DNA from: Gemmata obscuriglobus
GTDB taxonomy: Bacteria; Planctomycetota; Planctomycetia; Gemmatales; Gemmataceae
DNA length: 32,000 nt
Direction of reading: 5' to 3'
NCBI RefSeq assembly: GCF_008065095.1
Contig: NZ_CP042911.1
Location: forward strand, 7,920,001-7,952,000
Positions 17,201 to 22,672 of this stretch are shown here, in pieces; positions within the stretch are counted from its first letter, which is position 1, and the number at the start of each line of letters is the position of its first letter. The notes under the pieces were generated by a model that saw only the letters and a program-made list of their open reading frames with translations, was not told the DNA's origin and ran no database searches. Made by a program: the position numbers and the translations under genes.

Positions 17201-19984
17201 GTTGAGTTCACTCGTCGCGACGGACTTCTTGATCTGCGCCGCGGAGACGGCGGCGTTGGCCGCGGTGACCGCTTCGTTCCCCTTCGCACTCAGAGCGTTG
17301 AATTCGTCTTCGACCGCCGCGGTCGCCAGCCGCACCTGCTCGACCCGCGGCGCGAACTCGGCGGCGATCCGCTGCTCTTCGAGCTTGAACAGTTCCAGCG
17401 GCGCCGTCAGCCGCTGGCCGTGGGCCACCAGCATCTGGTCCACGTCGGCGCGGTCCTCGGCCTGCGGCGGGGCCACGTCCTGCTCCGCGAACCGGCGCCA
17501 GCCCTGGGTCCCGAGCAGCAGGTCGAGCGCGACCGCCGCTTTCGGGTGATCGGTGAGCAGGAAGTCCGCGTGCTCGAGTTCTGCCGAGTTGCGCACCTCT
17601 CCCGAAAGGAGGAAGTGCGTCGACTGGAGCCGGTCGTGCTTGTTGTCGGCCATCGTGATGACGCTGCGGTTGACCACGCCGACCAGCAGCACCGCGGGCG
17701 TTGATTGGCCCTTCTCATTCCGGGCGGACAGGTCGAGCTTCACCTTCCCGCCGGGGGTGTAGCGGTCGCGGTCGGGTTTGGCGTCCAGAACGAGGTGTTC
17801 GCCGGACCCGCGGAACACGAGTCGCTCCGCCCGCGGAACCAGCGCCGTGCGCCCCGGGGCGTCGCCGCTCAGTTCCTCGAACACCGTCACGCGGGTCACG
17901 CCGCCGGCCGATTCGTCGCCCTTCAGTGAAACGTCGAGCGGCGCGTTCGCCTCCAACTCGACCTTCTGGTGCGCGACGAGGTTGCCGCGGGCGTACGCGC
18001 CGACGTGGAGCGTCTTCGGGCCGCGGGCGCTGTGGAGCCGCACGCGCACCGCGCCGCCGCGGGGCGTCGCCGCGTCGAGCGCGGTCAGGGCGACGCCGTC
18101 GGGCTTGGCCGCCGGCAGCGGGAACCCGTTCGGGGTGGGCGGCGTGATGCCGAGCGGCGACGAAACCTTCAGGAAGTACTTCACGCCGGGCTTGGGCGTC
18201 AGTACGAACGCGCCGTGCCCGCGGTTCACGCCGGGATTTTCGGCGTCCGTGAGGGTGCTCACTTCGGCGATCGTGTTCGTGCCGTCGGTGATCGTGCCTT
18301 TCAGATCCGCCGGTTTCCCGGCAGCTCCGGGCGTGCGCACCATGAAGTAGACGCGCCCGGGGACGTTCTCGACCATCTCCCCGCCCTCGGGGAAGAACTC
18401 GACCTTCAGGTTCTTCGTGACGAGCGGGATCGGCCGCACGATCGGTTCGGCGTCGCTGCCGTCCACCACGTTCACGCTCAGGGTGGCGTTGGGAACGGCA
18501 CCGGGCGCGACCTTCTCGAACACCTCCGCGGGCAGCTTGAACCGCACGTCCAGGTAGGTCTTCCCTTCAGAGGTGGTGAACCGCGCGTTCGGCTGCTCGT
18601 GGAACGGCTTGTCGCCGGACGCGGCGACCACGTTCGCGCGGGCGTCCTTCATCGGGCCGCCGGCGGTACGCGAGACCTCGATCCGCGCCTGCACCACGTC
18701 GCCGGGGCCGTAGCTCTTGCCGTCGAACTCCAGCTTCTTCTCGAACACGTCGGGCACGTACCGGTTCACGATGAACTTGCGCGTCTCGAGCAGCACTTCC
18801 TTCTGCGTGCCGCTCTCGACCTCGTACAGGTCGAGCTTGTACTCGCCGCCCGGTGCGTCGGCCGAGAGCGCGTGCTCGCCCACCCCGAGCCCGCGAAGCG
18901 GTTGGTCATCAGGGCCATTAACGGGCTTCAGGTCGCGCAGCACGCGGCCGTTGCCCGTTGCGAGCGGGGTGACGGTGTCCGCCGGGTCACGCAGCTTGAA
19001 CGCGAGGTGCTGCTCGTGGGCCGGCGGCTTCAGGGTGGACCGGTCGAGCGTGAGCGACCGGAACCGCACCACCTCGCCCGGCTTGTAGAGCGGCTTGTCG
19101 GTGACCAGGTGCGTGACGTACACCGGGCGCGCCAGCGACAGCCGCTCGGCGAGCACACTCTTGCGGTCGTCGTTCGTGTGGGCGACGACTTCGAGGAACA
19201 GGTCGGTGCCCGGCTTCACCCGCTCCCAGAACGCGACCGGGAGTTCGAGGTTCGTGGCCCCGACCGGCTTGTCGTCCGTCTTCCGCAGCAGTTCGCCGCC
19301 GCGGGCGTCCTTGACGATCAGGTCGAGCCGCTTCGGCCGCCCGACGGCGCCGTGGCGCAAGGTCTCGACGGTCCACTTGTTGGGCGCGCCGGGCTGGACG
19401 TGGGTCGGGCCGGACAGGCGGACGACGAACTCTTTCTCCTCAATGGCTCTGCGGGCGTCGTTCCGCGCCGTGGTGTACTCCTGGGCGAGTTCGGCCTCCC
19501 GCGCGAGGGCGGCGGCGAGCGGCCTCCGCTGCTCCTCGCGTGTGGCAGCCTGCTCGGCTTGGACCCGGGCAAGTTCGGCGCGGCGTTCCGCGATCTTTTC
19601 TTCGGCCCGGGCGACATCGCGCGCCCGGGCGGCGTAGCCGTACACCTGCGAGCCGATCAGCCCGCCCACCGTGCCGATGACGGCCACCCACGCGATCGCT
19701 TGCCACGACGGCACCCGGCTCGCCTTCTTGGCCGTTGCGGGGTCGGCTTTCGGTTCGGCGGTAGCGGTGCCGGGCTCCGGCGCGGTCGCCGGTTCGGGCA
19801 GGCCGGCGAAGTGCCCGATCAGGTCGGCCTGGAAGCTCATGAAGCGGATGTAATGCGCCTCGGCTTCCGGGTGCATCAGGACCAGCTCTTCGAGCCGCTG
19901 CGTTTGCTCGGGGGTGATCGTCTCTTCGCAGAGCGCGTCGAGCAGCGGCTGCAGTTCGGTGAGAATTTCGGACGCGGGTGTCAT
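14297..19984 (-). CDS. Anti-sigma-like N-terminal domain + TM + alpha-2-macroglobulin-like thioester protein (1895 aa)
   Basis: Part of ORF 14297..20614. The ATG at 19984 overlaps the sigma gene stop (ATGA). Residues 1-60 are helical (LLDALCEETITPEQTQRLEELVLMHPEAEAHYIRFMSFQADL), and a TM lies at about 19631-19702. MG-domain signatures are DKPLYKPGEVVRFRSLTL, VEFFPEGGEMVENVPGRVYF and LLGTQGWRRF. The A2M core has ETVYWHPVLVLPATGTASVEF. The thioester is GCFEQT. TED/receptor-type motifs are EALTAYGLLQF, DAYIVWAL and GSTQSTIMALKAL. Confidence 0.85.
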   Translation of the reverse strand: MTPASEILTELQPLLDALCEETITPEQTQRLEELVLMHPEAEAHYIRFMSFQADLIGHFAGLPEPATAPEPGTATAEPKADPATAKKASRVPSWQAIAWVAVIGTVGGLIGSQVYGYAARARDVARAEEKIAERRAELARVQAEQAATREEQRRPLAAALAREAELAQEYTTARNDARRAIEEKEFVVRLSGPTHVQPGAPNKWTVETLRHGAVGRPKRLDLIVKDARGGELLRKTDDKPVGATNLELPVAFWERVKPGTDLFLEVVAHTNDDRKSVLAERLSLARPVYVTHLVTDKPLYKPGEVVRFRSLTLDRSTLKPPAHEQHLAFKLRDPADTVTPLATGNGRVLRDLKPVNGPDDQPLRGLGVGEHALSADAPGGEYKLDLYEVESGTQKEVLLETRKFIVNRYVPDVFEKKLEFDGKSYGPGDVVQARIEVSRTAGGPMKDARANVVAASGDKPFHEQPNARFTTSEGKTYLDVRFKLPAEVFEKVAPGAVPNATLSVNVVDGSDAEPIVRPIPLVTKNLKVEFFPEGGEMVENVPGRVYFMVRTPGAAGKPADLKGTITDGTNTIAEVSTLTDAENPGVNRGHGAFVLTPKPGVKYFLKVSSPLGITPPTPNGFPLPAAKPDGVALTALDAATPRGGAVRVRLHSARGPKTLHVGAYARGNLVAHQKVELEANAPLDVSLKGDESAGGVTRVTVFEELSGDAPGRTALVPRAERLVFRGSGEHLVLDAKPDRDRYTPGGKVKLDLSARNEKGQSTPAVLLVGVVNRSVITMADNKHDRLQSTHFLLSGEVRNSAELEHADFLLTDHPKAAVALDLLLGTQGWRRFAEQDVAPPQAEDRADVDQMLVAHGQRLTAPLELFKLEEQRIAAEFAPRVEQVRLATAAVEDEFNALSAKGNEAVTAANAAVSAAQIKKSVATSELNEYSERFDTARDAAVPVLTVVLVLTLAFLGFKGLVAATGAGRSRATLVTAGLVVLGVLVLIAVKSVTSAKKSAPTFEFVGSSIKPPGAGGGELFFRKSPLEADARAAMEAAPMAPVPLTGIGPQGPRKGIDLAGGTPAPKGPTPVGVPSSPAPAGFFPAGRGLVLDRNQRTPPQVGVKPSPEKEWLAHALAQRPVGGKVALGPPVRDGFPEAPVLDPVAQSTARPVTPTVTPSVVREYAHERDPALGEVRADFAETVYWHPVLVLPATGTASVEFQLSDDIARYQVLVAGHTLDGRVGAITKTIEARKPFSLDPKLPLEVAHTDTIDVPVRVTNDSAVRRNVAFATTATGFKTDGSLKGAINLDPFKSGRQFLKLNADTRDGPASLVIEGTSIPAADKDVIRRTVRVVPDGFPGVGAFSDMLEKGRATSSVTLPKDVVPGTLKVRLEMYPTSMSDLVKGLDGLLREPHGCFEQTSTTNYPNALILDYLNQSNQANPEAATRARGLLDRGYGRLTSFECPDTPNRVKHGFEWFGKADSQHEALTAYGLLQFKDMARVHPVDPELIKRTQAFLLSRRDGKGGFLRNARALDGFGGSPKPTTDAYIVWALVESDPEDKEKLDLRTEITALKTAALDENSATGRDAYTVALAANVALLRGDRETGHKLLDRLKEKHAKGGAVTGGIMSITRSGGRDLQIETTALALLGWLRANDPSYATAAKESIKWIAQQRGGYGGFGSTQSTIMALKALALHAQKNKHPAEAGELRLLVDGTVAATRTFTPNDVDVIGLDVPNPETVFKLGGRNEIAIATDAKQPYPFALSYTYTTLTPLSAERCAVRIATKLASAEAAEGDTVPLAVTLENRQKQGQGMTTAVIGIPAGMKVPTDLKQLTDLREKGAVAYFELKGSRELVLYWRELAPEQKVELSIDLVCDVPGTYRGPASRGYLYYDADHKHWVEPLSIRIAPAAGNE
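15785..15796 (-). other. Thioester motif C-F-E-Q (CxEQ) of the A2M-like protein
   Basis: The reverse complement of 15785-15796 reads TGC TTC GAG CAG, in frame, within REPHGCFEQTSTTNYPNAL. Confidence 0.75.
17015..17160 (-). other. Internal TM hairpin at the bait position of the A2M-like protein
   Basis: VPVLTVVLVLTLAFLGFKGLVAA - TGAGRSRA - TLVTAGLVVLGVLVLIAV. Two roughly 20-residue hydrophobic helices are joined by a short basic loop. Confidence 0.6.
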
Positions 19985-20574
19985 GCCTGCCCCTCCTGCA
20001 CGAGCGAGTTCTGGACGCACCGGAACAGGTTCTCGCGGACCTTCGCCAGCGCCTTGTAAACGGCGTCCAGCGAGCGGCCCAGTTGCTCGGAGGCGGACTG
20101 CGTGGTGGCCCCGTCCGCGAACCGGTGCGCGAGCAGGTCGCGGTCCGGCTGGGGGAGCTTTTCGACGCAGCGGGTGAGCGCCGCGCGGCGCTCCTCGAGT
20201 TGCAGCTCGTCGGCCTGTGCGGCGGCGGTCTCGGCGAGCCGCTTCACGAAGATGGCGCTGAGCCGGGCCTGCGCGCGGGTCGATTTCTTGTGGAAGTCGA
20301 GCACCTTGTGGTACGCGACCTTGCGCGCCCAGGCGATGAACTCGGTGGGGGGCGCGTCCGCGTCGAACTTGTCCCACATGGTGAGGCTGGTCTCCTGGAG
20401 CACGTCGTCCGCGTCGGCGCGGTGCGGCAGCAGGGTGAGCACGTAGGCGTAGAGCCGGCGCTCGTTCTGGAGGAACAGTCGCAAGAACAGCTTGTGCTTG
20501 TCCTGTGCGGGGCGGGGCGTGCCGTCCGAGGGAGCGGCGGGCGCGTCGGGCCCCGCGTCGGCGTTCACGGTCAT
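19981..20574 (-). CDS. ECF-type RNA polymerase sigma factor (sigma-70 family, group 4)
   Basis: ORF 19981..20640 trimmed to MTVNADAG (GTG 20640 is an alternative). Region 2 has RLYAYVLTLLPHRADADDVLQETSLTMWDKF. Region 4 has LPQPDRDLLAHRFADGATTQSASEQLGRSLDAVYKALAKVRENL. Confidence 0.85.
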   Translation of the reverse strand: MTVNADAGPDAPAAPSDGTPRPAQDKHKLFLRLFLQNERRLYAYVLTLLPHRADADDVLQETSLTMWDKFDADAPPTEFIAWARKVAYHKVLDFHKKSTRAQARLSAIFVKRLAETAAAQADELQLEERRAALTRCVEKLPQPDRDLLAHRFADGATTQSASEQLGRSLDAVYKALAKVRENLFRCVQNSLVQEGQA

Positions 20575-20642
20575 GTCGAACACCTGCGCGTGGAATAGAG
20601 GTGACCGGCCGCACGCGGGCCGGGGCGAGAAGAACCGCACCC

Positions 20643-20667
20643 TACAGTGGACCCCATTGTCTAGACC
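20643..20667. repeat. IS3 terminal inverted repeat (orfB-proximal end)
   Basis: Direct alignment with the reverse complement of 21856-21880. Confidence 0.75.
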
Positions 20668-20686
20668 AAAAAGTTGCTATCCTTCG

Positions 20687-21553
20687 CTACTGTTTCGTCG
20701 GGGCCTTCGTGGCTCCGACGCCATACACCTGAGCCGGGGTGCGGTAGTCCAGGGACTGGTGTAACCGCTCGGTGTTGTAGAACCCGAAGTACGCCCGGAG
20801 CCCACTCTCCAGGGCCGGCACCGACTCGTAACCCTTGAGGTACACGTCCTCGTACTTGACGCTCCGCCACAGGCGCTCCACGAACACGTTGTCCAGGCAC
20901 CGGCCCCGCCCGTCCATGCTCACCGCGACCCCGGCCCGCTCCAATCGCCCGACCCACGCGGCGGCCGTGAACTGGACTCCCTGGTCCGTGTTGAACACCT
21001 CCGGCTTGCCCCGGCCCAAGGCCTCCTCCAGCATGTCCTGGCAGAATGACCCGTCCAACGTGTTGGACAGTCGCCAGGCCACCACGTACCGGCTGAACCA
21101 GTCCATCGTTGCGGCCAGGTACATGAACCCGGTGGGCATCGGGATGTACGTGATGTCCGTGCTCCACACCTGATGGACCCGGTCGATGGCCACGCCCCGC
21201 AACAGGTACGGGTACACCTTGTGCCCGGACCCGACCGACAGCTTGGGCTTGGGGTACAGGGCCTCCAACCCCATGATCCGCAACAGCCGCTGCACCCGCT
21301 TGCGGTTCACCTCGTGGCCCTGGGTGCCCAGCCACGCGGCCAGGCGCCGGCTCCCGTAGAACGGGCACGTCGTGTACTGCTCGTCGATCAACCGCATCAG
21401 CGTCAGGTTCTCCGCGCTCTCCGGGGTCGGCTCGTAGTACACCGTCGAGCGGTTCAATCCGATCAGCTCGCACTGGCGCCGGACGCTCAGCTCCGGGTGC
21501 TCGGCCTCGATCCGGGCACGCTTGGCCTCAGCCGAGGGCGGCCGATTTTTTTT
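20687..21553 (-). CDS. IS3-family transposase OrfB (DDE/rve catalytic part); no independent start
   Basis: The frame is open from just after the TGA at 21554-21556. It reads KKNRPPSAEAKRARIEAEHPELSVRRQCELIGLNRSTVYYEP..., then WSTDITYIP, FNTDQGVQFT, RGRCLDNVFVERLWRSVKYE and YNTERLHQSLDYRTP. The ORF-track segment 20687..21457 starts at a TTG. Confidence 0.85.
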   Translation of the reverse strand, partial: KKNRPPSAEAKRARIEAEHPELSVRRQCELIGLNRSTVYYEPTPESAENLTLMRLIDEQYTTCPFYGSRRLAAWLGTQGHEVNRKRVQRLLRIMGLEALYPKPKLSVGSGHKVYPYLLRGVAIDRVHQVWSTDITYIPMPTGFMYLAATMDWFSRYVVAWRLSNTLDGSFCQDMLEEALGRGKPEVFNTDQGVQFTAAAWVGRLERAGVAVSMDGRGRCLDNVFVERLWRSVKYEDVYLKGYESVPALESGLRAYFGFYNTERLHQSLDYRTPAQVYGVGATKAPTKQ

Positions 21554-21815
21554 TCACCCAGTCGAGTTCCACCTTGAGGCGGCCGATCTGCTCGTACAAC
21601 TCGGTCGTCTTGTCTTCCGGGGGGCCGGTGCCCTTCGCCCCCGAGGCGAACACGGCCTCGGCCCCGGTGAGCAACTGCTTCTTCCACCCATGAATCAGGG
21701 TCGGGTGGACGCCGTGCTGACTCGCCAGTTCGTTGATGGTCTTGTCGCCCTTGAGGGCCGCCAGCGCGACCTGGGCCTTGAACGCCGCCGAGTGACTCTT
21801 CCGCTTGCCCGCCAT
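21528..21815 (-). CDS. IS3-family transposase OrfA (HTH)
   Basis: MAGKRKSHSAAFKAQVALAALKGDKTINELASQHGVHPTLIHGWKKQLL followed by a leucine-zipper-like tail. It ends 6 codons after the A9 run. Confidence 0.9.
   Translation of the reverse strand: MAGKRKSHSAAFKAQVALAALKGDKTINELASQHGVHPTLIHGWKKQLLTGAEAVFASGAKGTGPPEDKTTELYEQIGRLKVELDWVKKKSAALG
21546..21554 (-). promoter_or_regulatory. A9 homopolymer recoding site at the orfA/orfB junction
   Basis: The plus strand shows T9 at 21546-21554. On the minus strand this reads GTG AAA AAA AAA TCG in the orfA frame. orfB is in the +1 frame as assembled (G TGA AAA AAA AAT CGG). Confidence 0.7.
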
Positions 21816-21855
21816 GGGTTCCCCTTTCCTGGGCCTCCGGTATAGCTTAACCGGC

Positions 21856-21880
21856 GGTCCAGTTTTCGGGGTCCACTATA
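21856..21880. repeat. IS3 terminal inverted repeat (orfA-proximal end)
   Basis: Direct alignment with 20643-20667. Confidence 0.75.
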
Positions 21881-21972
21881 CCCCGCCGGAAAAGCGGTTC
21901 GGCAAAGGGAGCGGTTCTTTGCTACTTAGTTGACGCCGCTGGGGCGGATTGGAAGGGAAAAATCGGAACGTG

Positions 21973-22581
21973 TCACTCGTCGCCGCCGAGCCAGCGGCAC
22001 ATGATGTCGGACCGCATCACGTACTTGCGGCCGTCGGCGACCGGGGCGCCGCGGTGGTAGAGGCGGTGCGGAAACACCAGCACCTTCCCGGCTTCCGGCT
22101 GCACCCGCACGATGGGGTCGTCGCCCCGAGTCCCCCCGTGCGAGCGCAAGTTGAACTCGGTGGCCCCGCCCGAAACCCCGCCGTTCAGGTAGATCATGAG
22201 CGTGAACGCGCTGCGCTCGGCCGGCGACCGCTCGTAGGCGCCGTCGAAGTGCCAGTCGAACTGCTGCCCCGGGTCGTACCGGTAGAACCGCCAGCGCTCG
22301 TTCAGCCCCACCGGCTGCCAGAACTGCACCCGGTCCGGCACGAACGGCCGGAGCCGCTCCCACACCGACCGCGCGATGCCGGCGTCGTCGATCATGACGC
22401 GGTCGTTGTTGCGGATGTCCTTGCGCATGACCGGGCCGCCCGTCGTGGTGATGGGCGCGTCCCCGTAACCCGCGGACTCGGTCATCGTGATGTAGTAATC
22501 GCACTCGTCCGGCGAGAAGAAGTCGTGGATCACGAACAGGTCGTCGCGCTCGGTGAGGAACTCTTTGCGCATCTCGGGCAT
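21973..22581 (-). CDS. 2OG-Fe(II) oxygenase (prolyl 4-hydroxylase-like)
   Basis: ORF 21973..22614 trimmed to MPEMRKEFL. The motifs are RFYRYDPGQQFDWHFDG (HxD), ...VLVFPHRLYHRG (distal His) and ...KYVMRSDIM (Arg/Lys 2OG contact). Confidence 0.7.
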   Translation of the reverse strand: MPEMRKEFLTERDDLFVIHDFFSPDECDYYITMTESAGYGDAPITTTGGPVMRKDIRNNDRVMIDDAGIARSVWERLRPFVPDRVQFWQPVGLNERWRFYRYDPGQQFDWHFDGAYERSPAERSAFTLMIYLNGGVSGGATEFNLRSHGGTRGDDPIVRVQPEAGKVLVFPHRLYHRGAPVADGRKYVMRSDIMCRWLGGDE

Positions 22582-22590
22582 GACGAACCT

Positions 22591-22620
22591 CCGCGGGTGT
22601 GTGCGGAGCGACACCCGCGG
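22591..22620. other. Perfect 10-bp-stem hairpin in the 5' leader of the oxygenase gene
   Basis: CCGCGGGTGT (22591-22600) pairs with ACACCCGCGG (22611-22620) around a 10-nt loop. It starts 10 nt upstream of ATG 22581. Confidence 0.4.
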
Positions 22621-22624
22621 AACG

Positions 22625-22660
22625 CCCGCGGTTCGCCCGCGAAGTGAAACGAACCGCGGG
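22625..22660 (-). terminator. 11-bp-stem hairpin after the Gfo/Idh/MocA gene stop
   Basis: CCCGCGGTTCG (22625-22635) pairs with CGAACCGCGGG (22650-22660), 12 nt downstream of stop 22673. Confidence 0.45.
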
Positions 22661-22672
22661 CCGCGCCCCCGC

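Larger units (their letters stand above)
20643..21880 (-). mobile_element. IS3-family insertion sequence (1238 bp; narrower TG..CA limits are 20648..21875)
   Basis: It has orfA and orfB. The terminal inverted repeats are TACAGTGGACCCCATTGTCTAGACC and TATAGTGGACCCCGAAAACTGGACC (18/25 identical). A possible 3-bp TSD CCC lies at 20640-20642 and 21881-21883. Confidence 0.85.

Noticed and set aside
19985-20614. N-terminal extensions of track ORFs: 14297..20614 (2105 aa), 7996..10194 (732 aa), 22673..24487 (604 aa), 8934..10211 and 1977..2753.
   Set aside because: The extensions read through upstream genes or intergenic DNA in a frame with no stop and have non-protein-like composition. Internal ATGs give proper signal peptides, Tat motifs or ATGA coupling, so I trimmed the starts.
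20575-20642. Search for an ECF-type promoter (GGAAC-N16/17-CGT) in the 68 nt left between the IS3 end and the sigma ATG.
   Set aside because: Only a loose GGTTC-N16-CGTG arrangement is present on the coding strand. That is not close enough to any consensus I can defend without knowing this ECF group's promoter motif.
21487-21687. The -1 frame after the IS3 A9 run (EKKIGRPRLRPSVPGSRPSTRS*), as the expected OrfAB continuation.
   Set aside because: It has no transposase similarity and terminates after 22 codons. The catalytic frame is the +1 frame, which I report as a finding instead.
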